Shown: positions 54,857-64,000 of the stretch, one piece after another
Layout: each line of letters opens with the position of its first letter
Numbering within the stretch: the stretch's first letter is position 1
Assembly (NCBI GenBank): GCA_965644495.1
Contig: CBFFSA010000007.1
Location: 124,001 to 188,000 of the forward strand
Length of the DNA: 64,000 nucleotides
Reading direction: 5' to 3'
From: Perkinsela sp. CCAP 1560/9
Taxonomy: Eukaryota > Protista > Euglenozoa: Kinetoplastea
Made by a program: the position numbers and the translations under genes
Notes under the pieces: generated by a model
Database searches by the model: none
Told to the model about the DNA's origin: nothing
Seen by the model: the letters and a program-made list of their open reading frames with translations, nothing else

Positions 54857-56089
54857 ATGTCAACCCCTCTATGGTGGGAACTCCGCCGTTGGTTCTCCCT
54901 GCCCCCCTCCCCCCTCCGGGCCCGTCGCGCCGGAGCCCACCCCCGCATGTGGCGCCCCGACCACCTCCTCCGCAACCTCCCCAGCTCCCTCACCGGGGAC
55001 GAAGTCAAGGCCGTGGCCTACCGCCCCCTCCCCCCGGCCCACACCGTGGAGGCCGAGGAGGACTTCCACACCAACTGTGTCCTCCACCGGGAGTACTACC
55101 CCCCCGAGTCCCGCACCCACTTCGGCACCGAGCTCGCCCCCGTGGCCTACTCCCCCACCGAGCGCGCGAGCCTCATGACCCGACTGGCGGACCAGAAACA
55201 GGCCGAGGAGCGGTCCGCCCACCGCACCCACGACACCAGCGCCCAGGTCGGGAAGCAAATCCGTTTCGCCCCCGGGGAGGATGACGGGCAGCACGGCCCC
55301 GTCTCCGGGGTCGCGTACGAGATGGATGACCGCCGTCGGGGGTTCCTGGAGGCCCTCGCGGGGGTCCTCCCGGGCCGGGAGGCGTTGCAGGAGGCGTGTG
55401 GGCTGATCTACGGGTGTGACTCCTATGAGGGGAAACAAGGCTGGTTGGCCATGTTTTTTGGTACCCATGATGATGGGCTGGAGCAACTCTCGGAGAAGAT
55501 TGCGAATTTGCAGGAGGATGCGAGGGATCTGGCAAAGGATGAAGCGATGCAAATGAATGAGGCGGAGGCGAGGGAGGGTCCGATTCCGAATGAGTATGTG
55601 GAGTATACTCCGGTGTATAAGTCGTACTTGCAGTACTGCCGTGGGGAGACGCGTACACCTTACTGTGAAAGTGATCTAGGAGACACAGGTCTGCTATCGC
55701 TGTACCAAGAACGACTGCGTTGGAGGAAAATATTTGACAAACTTACGGGAAATTTGCACATGGAATCTAGCACGGCATTTGATGAGATCCAAGGCGGGTG
55801 CAAATACTCCAGCAAGTCGACTGCTAAAAAAGTTGCTGTACATTCCTGCGCTCACCTGAAGAATCTTAACCTTACGGAGCAAGAAAAGATTGATGTGGAG
55901 CGTTTGGACCACCAGCTACGTACACTACGACTTTTCGATGCAAAGAAAGTCGAAATTCAACGTGAACTCGTGACCAGAGTAAATCTTGGGGTTGGAGGAA
56001 GTGTTACCCCAGATTATACACTTGGCAGTCCGCATACGACACCGGGAAATCCTCAGGATCCATTAAACCCTTTGGGAGGAAATATGTGA
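54857..56089 (+). CDS. hypothetical protein, possibly mitochondrial
   Basis: Likely start MSTPLWWELRRWF (Arg-rich); ORF track extends to 54632. Confidence 0.7.
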   Translation: MSTPLWWELRRWFSLPPSPLRARRAGAHPRMWRPDHLLRNLPSSLTGDEVKAVAYRPLPPAHTVEAEEDFHTNCVLHREYYPPESRTHFGTELAPVAYSPTERASLMTRLADQKQAEERSAHRTHDTSAQVGKQIRFAPGEDDGQHGPVSGVAYEMDDRRRGFLEALAGVLPGREALQEACGLIYGCDSYEGKQGWLAMFFGTHDDGLEQLSEKIANLQEDARDLAKDEAMQMNEAEAREGPIPNEYVEYTPVYKSYLQYCRGETRTPYCESDLGDTGLLSLYQERLRWRKIFDKLTGNLHMESSTAFDEIQGGCKYSSKSTAKKVAVHSCAHLKNLNLTEQEKIDVERLDHQLRTLRLFDAKKVEIQRELVTRVNLGVGGSVTPDYTLGSPHTTPGNPQDPLNPLGGNM

Positions 56090-56280
56090 AGGGAATATAA
56101 GGGCTGTATTTGTAACGAAATATTTGTGTTACGATACGCAGTAGTAATCATGAAGCAAAAAAAAACGGTTTCATGACGGTAAAGTGGCGCATATGCAACT
56201 GATTTCCTCGTTGATCTACACTGTCGGTACTGTTATGATAAGTAGCTACTTGTATGCGTAGTTGAAATAAAATTTCTTTC

Positions 56281-56865
56281 ATGCCAAATTGTTTAGCCAC
56301 GGATGCAGTGGCGAAGCCGAGTACTCTAACACGTTTTAAGACCCTGGGAGATTCACGAAACGTGAATGCGCACGAAGAAGACGCAGGAGTGGAGAGACAT
56401 AATGCAGTACTGCAACGTACACTAACGAAAGCCTCAAGTTTACTCAGTTGGATATGTAAAGATGCCGACGAAGCTTGGCGTGTAGCACATGCATACTCCA
56501 CTGTTGAAAAATGCAAGGTGCTGGTTGCACAGGACACAACTCGAAGCACTCTGTTAAAACAAATTTTTGGTTCTCTACCGGGCGGATCCATGGCATTCCG
56601 ACTTAATCGATTACCCGATGGGAAATATGCCGTCCGCAGTGCGGATCTGTTGTATACAGTTCATCTGGATGAGTGGAACGCAATATGTTCTCCACCATTA
56701 ACGAACCAAGAGAAGAAAAGAAAGGCAATATTTGTTTCGGATTCTGCTGCATATTGCCCGCTGTGTTATGAAGAACAAGATAGCCTTGAAGCTGCCAGAG
56801 CACATCTTCTATCAGCCTGTCTACGACGGCTTGCAGTGGTTACTGACCCTCCGATTCTTTTTTAA
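56281..56865 (+). CDS. hypothetical protein with C-terminal C2HC zinc finger
   Basis: YCPLC-x12-HLLSAC. Confidence 0.6.
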   Translation: MPNCLATDAVAKPSTLTRFKTLGDSRNVNAHEEDAGVERHNAVLQRTLTKASSLLSWICKDADEAWRVAHAYSTVEKCKVLVAQDTTRSTLLKQIFGSLPGGSMAFRLNRLPDGKYAVRSADLLYTVHLDEWNAICSPPLTNQEKKRKAIFVSDSAAYCPLCYEEQDSLEAARAHLLSACLRRLAVVTDPPILF

Positions 56866-57032
56866 TATTCATCAAGATATTGTACCAGCTGATATATAGA
56901 GCAAAAGTTTGAGGACTTTATTGTCTCGTATCGTTCCCCTTCGCTCATTCAGCTAAGCAAGACAACTTTCTTCTAAATTTTAATTTATACATGTGATTTT
57001 ATAGATATTCGTCGCACAACCATCGTTACTCC

Positions 57033-58274
57033 ATGACAAGCTATTCATCCATACGATTTTTTGTAAATCCTTTTTCGACGCCACTGAAATTACTGGATTC
57101 TTCTCCCAAAGTAGATCATGAAGAGGCAGTTAAGGAACTTTTGCTATCGTTACATAATGGGTTAGCAGACGAGAAAAGGGAAGCGTACCTTTCCCACAAT
57201 TACACTCTTTATACCGGACTAGGAGGTATTACATTCACTTATTGGGAGCTTTATCGCAGGAGTGGAAAAAGCGAATATTTGAAGAGAGCAAAAGATTTGC
57301 TAGAGCCTTGTCTTCAGTGGCTACTTTCATGTGATCGACATCGTTCTGACGTTTCTACCTTTTTTTGTGGCGACGTCGGCATACTTGTTACCGCAATCTG
57401 TGTGTCGTGTGCACAAGGACTAACACATAAAAGTGTGCGTTATTTTGATCTTTTGCAAGCAAGAGGGTGGAAAATAAAGTCTTTGAGAGAAAATTGCGAC
57501 GAACTGTTATATGGTCGTGCGGGATATTTGTATGCATTATTCTATATCTGCCGGCACACATTTTTCTCGCTGCCCAGTGAATTAGTACAACGCCTGATTT
57601 CTCAAATTTTAGCCAATGCAGAATTCAGCTCTGAGTTTGGTAGTATCTGGTATTGGCATGGAAAACCGTATTTGGGGGCCGCGCATGGCACAGCAGGAAT
57701 TTTACATGTCTTGTGGCATGCATATCCCATTCTTGAATGTGCCCAAAAAGACTTTATACAAAAATCTACGCTATCTCTCTGCAGAGCCTGCACCCGGCAC
57801 GCGGGTCTTCCGAATTGCGCGGAGTCGGGGAGTAAAAATTTATTAGTACACTTCTGTCATGGAGCTCCAGGTGCGATTCTACTTTTTTGTACTGCGTATA
57901 GATATTTTCCGTTCAAAGAGTACCTGGAAACTGCCGAGACACTTGCTTCTGTCGTCTGGGAATACGGGTTGCTTCGTAAAGGGGGAGGCCTTTGCCACGG
58001 AGTTGCAGGAAACGCATATTCCTTTTTAGCTTTATACAGAACTACACAAAAACTATGCTATCTCCATGCTGCAACTCACTTCGCCTATGTAATGCGACAT
58101 TCTCATGCTTGGGCTGAATCATGTTCAGCATACGATGACCCGCAACGACTGAAGCGCGGCCAGGCCGACCATAAATTGAGCCTTATGGAAGGTGAAGCAG
58201 GATCAGCCCTATTTTTCTCCGACATGAACAACCCTATGAATTCCGCTTTTCCAGGAGTGGAGCTCGCATGTTAA
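57033..58274 (+). CDS. LANCL: LanC-like protein (LANCL/GCR2)
   Basis: LYTGLGG, DELLYGRAGY, YLGAAHG, HFCHGAPG, GLCHGVAGNAY. Confidence 0.93.
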   Translation: MTSYSSIRFFVNPFSTPLKLLDSSPKVDHEEAVKELLLSLHNGLADEKREAYLSHNYTLYTGLGGITFTYWELYRRSGKSEYLKRAKDLLEPCLQWLLSCDRHRSDVSTFFCGDVGILVTAICVSCAQGLTHKSVRYFDLLQARGWKIKSLRENCDELLYGRAGYLYALFYICRHTFFSLPSELVQRLISQILANAEFSSEFGSIWYWHGKPYLGAAHGTAGILHVLWHAYPILECAQKDFIQKSTLSLCRACTRHAGLPNCAESGSKNLLVHFCHGAPGAILLFCTAYRYFPFKEYLETAETLASVVWEYGLLRKGGGLCHGVAGNAYSFLALYRTTQKLCYLHAATHFAYVMRHSHAWAESCSAYDDPQRLKRGQADHKLSLMEGEAGSALFFSDMNNPMNSAFPGVELAC

Positions 58275-58523
58275 TCCTTTCTCGATACACGTAGTTTACC
58301 GCCAGCCTATCACATTTCCTAATTCCCCCAATTACTCCTCTCGGTGAAACCTTGCGAAAACCGAATAAACTTTTGTGAAATGCCAAGAAACGCGAAATGT
58401 CATCCGAAACGGATGCCTCCGGGATTATTTGAGATGCCTAAAACGGACACTTGAAAACCTTATTACCATACGTTGTGGTTCCATGGAACACGGAACACTG
58501 CTTCGGGAACACCGTTGTTAGTA

Positions 58524-59625
58524 CAGTGACGAAAAAAAAAATATTTTGTTAAAAATATTTTGTTAAGGGACTATCCTTGAAATGAAAGACGAATAGTTAT
58601 CATAGTATATGGGGGTTATGTAGGGGTATGTACCATCACACTGACCGTGAGGGTCGTTACCTATGAAGCAGCTTCTACGGGGACCTGTAACACCTTTAAG
58701 TTAAAACTATTATTGAGACTTTTCTTTTGATTTTTTTCGAGTGAAGTTTTTTTGATAAAAAGATGGATTATTTCGTGATTAATAACGGTAAAAACAAGGT
58801 AAAACTAATACTTTGTATGCCCCCCTTTCGCAGCAATCACCGCTCTCACACGGCGAGGCATGTTGCTCACTGTGGACGCGCATAGGGCACTGGGAAGTGC
58901 GTCCCACACAACTTTGGCCCGTCCTCAAACTCAATCATTCCCTCGGGGTCCTTCATACAAGCAGAGAGACGCCGTTTCAAATGGCCCCACATGTTCTCAA
59001 TAGGATTGAGATCTGGGGATTGCGGGGGCCACTTCAAAACCACATAGCTTTGGCTTGACAACCACTTGCTTGTGTGTTTTGGGTCATTGGTGAGTCTGTA
59101 GTTAGTATCTGGAGATATGTGCGGGTGTCTGTGAATCGCTGTGGGCTGATGTGATTCGCCGTGAGTAGCTGTGAGTATTTTTTTTTCGTCGGAAGACCCC
59201 GAAGAAAGTATCATCGCCATTCGTTCATCCCTTTGCTCTTTAACACTTTTCGATGCAGTTCCCTTGTACGTTACCCACATGCGGCGCAACGTTTTCGATA
59301 GAACGGATGTCGCCAGGGGGAAGCTCACGACGAAAATATTCCGCAACAGAAGTTGCCGCACGACGACTTTCGACTTACCCACAGTAAAGCTTCGCTGTAT
59401 TATGCAGAGCACCTGGGCCACAAATGCGAATGTCAGTTTTCGTTGGCATACTGTCCACCCTTCGTAGACACAGCATGCTTCTTGGACTCTTTTTTGGTCT
59501 AACCCACGCTTCGCACACTTTGCCACAACTTCGGGGCTCAAGGTCTGATGATCTTGCGGCTTATTGCAGGAGGGGCAAATGTTGCATCCAACAGGCACAC
59601 AAAACTCAGAACAATGTTCACACAT
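58524..59625 (-). pseudogene. decayed Tc1 transposon: transposase C-terminus plus one terminus
   Basis: NDPKHTS..WPPQSPDLNPIENMWGHLKRRL, frameshift near 58915, then WDALP..NMPRRVRAVIAAKGGHTKY* (stop 58807-58805); TA|CAGTG at 58522-58528. Confidence 0.92.
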
Positions 59626-60006
59626 TTCAAGTGAAGCTCATTGCTCACTGGTGTGCTCGTTGCTGCAACCAAGGCAGGAGGGGGGAGTCCGTCACGGAAC
59701 TGCGTCAACTTATCGCAGTGAAAACAGTGTAAACGCACATACCGTATAATGTGTCAACATCTTTGCAGCGACCAACGATGCCACATGCTGGATTACATGT
59801 CGATCCGATTTAAGGAAGCCCGTGAATAGTTTGCCATCGAGGAGATATTCCAAGAGTTAAGCTTCTGGTTGCATCCCCTGCTCCTTCATCCGAAACTCAC
59901 ACAGAACGCGAATTTGGTCATACATATTTATGTTGCGCATAGAAAACAAAAAGAATCTCTTCCACAGGCTTACTGTACGCTCCATGAGGCTTAAAAGGTC
60001 CTCTTA

Positions 60007-60796
60007 GAGGGGTGGACCGCCAAAATTACGATTACGTGGCGCACCCGGCCGCACCCAGCCGCACCCGCTAAACCTAAGCTGTTTCAATGGGCGAAAACAC
60101 TTGGCGAATTTTTGGACGCCTGAGCGTCCGCTTTGAGTCCGAACTTTTTGGTCTTGGATAGAGGCAGGTGATTTTTCAAGAGGCGCATGGTAAAGCGAAA
60201 CTGACATTGTTTGCAAATCAAGAACACATCATCCGACAAAAATAGTGATTTGGGGGGCTATTGCAGGCAACGGGCAAGGAGTAGGAGTGAAATGTTGTTT
60301 AGTCCCACTTTTTCCAGTCTTCTGAAGCAAGTTGAATGTTTTTTAAGATTTCCTTGTAATTGTTCACTCACTGCAGACGAATCGCCAATATATGCTCCTA
60401 GAGTTTTTATCGTCTGAGATGCTGCCCTAACTCCTTCGCTCTTCAGCTTGTCGGGTACCTGTGTCATGCTTAGGCCTCCGAACCATACGCATTTTTCTTT
60501 CGCCATTTTAACTTGTTTTTCGTCGAGAAGCTCGTGTAGCCTTTTGAAGGCCTTTGCGATTGAGTCGGGATTTTCGGATGCCAACTTTACCCCACCTGGT
60601 TTACGTTTCTGGAGGCAAGGCCCAACTGTAAGCGAAGCCCACATCTGGAGGTAAAAGCTCCCGTTCGCGAGCAAGGCCCTACTGTGAGCGTAGCCCTGGG
60701 ACAAAATTATTTTTTTTGTAGAACTGTATTTATATTTTGAGCCGCACCCGACCGCACCCGGCCGCACCCGCTCGCACCGAGCCCGGTTCACCCCTC
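60007..60796. mobile_element. TIR element with TTA TSD and CGCACCC subterminal repeats, carrying a retroelement fragment
   Basis: TTA|gaggggtggaccg ... cggttcacccctc|TTA; empty site cctcTTAataatttgcc at 15742-15758. Confidence 0.9.
60190..60600 (-). pseudogene. fragment of non-LTR retrotransposon RT/thumb region, CRE/SLACS-like
   Basis: AFKRLHELL..KMAKEKC..IKTLGAYIGDSSAVSEQL..LLLLARC resembles the CRE-clade post-YxDD region (LN..KC, LG.PIG, LLLR.C); stop at 60260-60258. Confidence 0.6.
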
Positions 60797-61253
60797 TTAA
60801 TAATTTGCCTTCTTATAATAATTAAAACTATTAATAATTTCTATTACAAAAATTATTACGGCTACTATGGTTCCACTTTCTTTCCTGATGACGCACAGAC
60901 TACATATATTCGTAGACCTTTTTTGAAGAACACATGAAAATCTGTTGTCCCGACTGATAAGATTTGATATGCTTTTGTCTTGGCAAAATTGCATTTGCAA
61001 ATAAAAGTGTCAGTACATTCATTCCCGTTACCCCCTTAGATATCCTAGTACGCTACTTATCCTCTTTTGTGATGAAACCTCTGGGTCACGAGAGGATAAG
61101 TAGCGTACTAGTTTACAGAGAAATTATTCAGAATCTTTTCTTAAAAAATTCATTCGTAAAATTTTTAAGAGTTATTATATGTAACTCTTTGTGTATAACT
61201 CAGTTATACACAGTTGATGTGAGGCCCAATGTGAGATTACGAGAGAATACGTA

Positions 61254-61317
61254 AGATCATGCGAGATCACGTGAGATCATGCGAGATCACGCGAAATCAT
61301 GCGAGATCACGCGAGAT
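61254..61317. repeat. degenerate 10-bp tandem repeat (gagatca(c/t)gc)x~6
   Basis: Read directly. Confidence 0.85.
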
Positions 61318-61544
61318 TAAACCCGATTTATACCCGGAGCCCCTTAGTTATATTCAGAAATACATACATGTACATCGGTAGATACAGTTCAATATGAGTG
61401 TCAGTACATCAATATCCTATATTAGTAGTTGAACTACCAAGTTTAACGATCCGCTCTTAGTAGTAGTACTATTGTTTCGAAATGGATTTCTCCGCCACGC
61501 TAGTCGCCATTGACATCTCCTTACAACGTGGCAACACCCGAATA

Positions 61545-61864
61545 CTGTACCCCCCCTAGTTATCTGTCCCACGTCACCCCCATAGTTATCTGTCACTTTT
61601 TAAAAATAGGCAAAATACTTTCTTCCAAAAAAAATCAAAAAATGAAACTAACAGTATTTCTTTTTGTGTTTCAAGCGAATGGTCGTGCGTGGTACTATTA
61701 CAAACCGTTTCTGATTCTATGTTCTGACTTTTTTTTTGTGACAGAACCCCTCCCTAGTTATCTGTCGCACACTGATCCGCCTAGTTATCTGTCACACCCC
61801 TATCCCCCCTAGTTATCTGTCACTACTTTTCGCGAAAAGGTGACAGAAATCTAGGGGGGTACAG
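61545..61864. mobile_element. TA-TSD MITE, 320 bp, CTGTACCCC termini (relative of 15770-16877)
   Basis: TA|ctgtaccccccctagttatctgtc ... gacagaaatctaggggggtacag|TA; five copies of tagttatctgtc. Confidence 0.9.
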
Positions 61865-61909
61865 TACGTCCTCATATTTTTCGACCTAGTTTTATTTCCG
61901 TTTAACCCC

Positions 61910-62371
61910 ATGTTTGGTGTTGAAAATGATAACGAAGAGGCTTGGGAGATAGCACTTCACAACTCCTTGTCACAAACCATCAACAAGATGCGATGGGATC
62001 AATATATGATTCGTGAAAATGTGCGCCGTACCGGAGTAGCAATGCTTCCTGCGTTTCTCGTTGATGGATGCAAATTCGAAATTACTCCAGAGGTAAAATC
62101 TCAGAAGCATACGCCGCCTTTACGTAGATTGGAAGATATCACATCTGAATCTGCACTTCAGATACGACAGTCAGCATTATTGGGGGGTGCGGTAAGCTCA
62201 ATAGGTCTCGCGGGAGGTGCTCTCTATTTGGCTAAGACAAAATTGATTTTTTTCGCGTTTGCCCCGTGGATGATAGCACTTTCCTACATATCGTATACAA
62301 AGTACGAGGAAGGATCGATGGAGCTCAAGTATCTCCGAAAACGTAGTAGTTTACGAAAAAGGTTAAAATAA
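61910..62371 (+). CDS. small two-TM membrane protein, unknown
   Basis: 153-aa ATG ORF with two hydrophobic segments and a basic tail. Confidence 0.65.
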   Translation: MFGVENDNEEAWEIALHNSLSQTINKMRWDQYMIRENVRRTGVAMLPAFLVDGCKFEITPEVKSQKHTPPLRRLEDITSESALQIRQSALLGGAVSSIGLAGGALYLAKTKLIFFAFAPWMIALSYISYTKYEEGSMELKYLRKRSSLRKRLK

Positions 62372-62953
62372 TTTCACGGCGGTCACGACACAACTAATGA
62401 AAAGAAAGAGCAATGCTTTTTCTTTGCTAATGTTGTTTTAAACAAAACCTATAACCATATCAATGTCCGGTTCCTCCTCATAGGCCTTCCCTGAATTCAG
62501 GATATACAGCTTTCATCATAATACCACTGTTTCTTTTCAAGGTGCCGAACTTACATACCAGGTGGAGAGCAAATGAATTTTTGAATAAAGCAATCCGAAG
62601 AATTTTTTCAAAAAATTCGCGGGTGTTTCAGCAGCTATCTCGGTAAGGATGGTTATCAGTTAAGGATGGAAAATGAAAACAATAGTTCCACAATTGCCGG
62701 TTAGAGTTTCTGTGTCATTTTGCGTAAGTTGTGTTAAAAACAAGTGTCAATAAACGTATAGATTGGTCATAAATTTTGATGAACCATACAGAGTAGATTG
62801 GCTACACTTAATCTTTATTGCAGTCCTGAGCTTATACCCTTACTTGCGGAGGGTATCAGTGGGACTCATGAAAGAAGACCAAAAATAATCAGCAAACTTG
62901 GTCGAGGCTGAGTGATCAAATATAAATTGGGCAAATTTGGGAAAAAAAATGCC

Positions 62954-63030
62954 CAGGAATGTCCAAGAATCCTCAGGAATGTCCAAGAATCCTCAGGAAT
63001 GTCCAAGAATCCTCAGGAATGTCCAAGAAT
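62954..63030. repeat. 20-bp tandem repeat (caggaatgtccaagaatcct)x~3.9
   Basis: Read directly. Confidence 0.95.
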
Positions 63031-63575
63031 GCGGGGTAGATAAGAAAACCGGCGATGTGGTAGTTTAGATGAGCACTTATTCGAAAGAATTTTCCACTTC
63101 TTCATCGGTATGATGCCGGCCTCGTACACAGATAATGAAATATTTTGGCATTTGTTTGGGGGTTCTATGGGCTTTGCCTGACACAAGCGGCCCCAAGGCA
63201 TCATACCTTCCGCTGTACTTTTGGTGCACCACCACTTCGCGCTCATGTGTTGCGGTGCCTTGTATACTTTCTTGTAGCATATAACTTTAGCAGGGCTACC
63301 GGCTTGTGACCTTTCATCCATTCGATGCATTCCGCCTCGGTACAAAGATCAACTTTGCTTAATGTGAGGCCGCGCCAAGAAGACCCAGAACACCCTTGTC
63401 AAGGCATAAAAAATCATTAAAAGTCTCAAAATGAGCCTAGTAGATTAAAAGGATGATATTTGTTTGGTTCAAAAACGTGAAAAATGTACAGTGTTATGTT
63501 TACCGGTGAAATGGTTATTAAGGATAAAAGTAATTAAGGCAGAACGGATTTAAAAACTAATTATTGCCTTAATTA

Positions 63576-63670
63576 GGCTCTTCGTTAAACGCGGTGGTTG
63601 TTTTCAACTTAGAAGTCACTCATGCTGCGCGCTTCGCATTGAAAACTACCACCGCGTTTAACGAAGAGCC
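63576..63670. mobile_element. 95-bp mini-MITE/hairpin, 32-bp arms, TA flanks
   Basis: ggctcttcgttaaacgcggtggttgttttcaa pairs with ttgaaaactaccaccgcgtttaacgaagagcc (1 mismatch). Confidence 0.75.
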
Positions 63671-64000
63671 TAAAAAAGAAAATTTGGCCAGGAAAGCTGA
63701 AGAAAACGGAAAGATTATAGCCAAAAATACCCGATTTTTGGGAAAAAATGGGGTGATTTTTCCGTATTTTAGCTCTCAGAGCACTGAATCCGACATTAGC
63801 GCGTGGGAAATCACTCGTAGGCATGAATGAAAGCCTAGCGAACGTATTGGGTAGAGAATACGACTCCAACCACACCATTCTCTCGACCCAAAAAGGCCCC
63901 TTGGGGTCCGAAAAATACCTTTTCACCTTTTTTAGTCAAAAATGGGCCATTTTCGCGGGCATAACACGGCTCGAAGAAGAGATTGCCTGCGAAAACAACT

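Larger units (their letters stand above)
59924..61111 (+). repeat. host repeat R copy 2, interrupted by the TTA element at 60007-60796, ending in a 21-bp-stem hairpin
   Basis: Aligns with copy 1; ctagtacgctacttatcctct (61045-61065) pairs with agaggataagtagcgtactag (61091-61111). Confidence 0.9.

Noticed and set aside
62400-63345. Minus-strand ORFs or a possible piggyBac-like relic (YDESC..QGR)
   Set aside because: Too short and interrupted to support a call without a search.
1-64000. Spliced-leader RNA gene, rRNA or telomeric repeats
   Set aside because: No SL exon consensus, rRNA-like segment or TTAGGG array was seen by eye.

Overview
Eukaryotic, intron-free DNA with about 27 protein genes, all on the + strand and closely spaced. 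This layout, plus kinetoplastid-type beta-tubulin, a long uS15m, an inactive mitochondrial rhomboid and an uncleaved Nup98-96, points to a polycistronic gene cluster of a kinetoplastid. An early-branching, Perkinsela-like lineage is plausible but only inferred. Recognisable genes: INO1, CCDC124, IBA57, inositol polyphosphate kinase, two beta-tubulins, RNA polymerase AC19/RPB11-family subunit, small Tim, Nup98-96, ACL4-like, DNA pol delta, YEATS, TRIM-like, SMC3, SEL1L and LANCL. Two gene-poor zones (11.3-17.2 kb, 58.3-64 kb) are packed with nested DNA-transposon derivatives: TA-TSD MITEs, a Tc1 relic, TTA-TSD elements with different cargo, and a CRE-like RT relic. Two copies of one host repeat supply each other's empty insertion sites. 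The most unusual signals are (i) repeated GC-rich islands inside unrelated genes where the strand flips from C/A-rich to G/T-rich, resembling replication origins; (ii) a Nup98-96 whose repeat domain uses WG instead of FG, with a GLEBS-like motif on a separate upstream gene; (iii) a cargo-carrying TTA-TSD transposon family; and (iv) a ~1515-codon multi-zinc-knuckle frame broken by one TAG. All calls were made by eye, without database searches.
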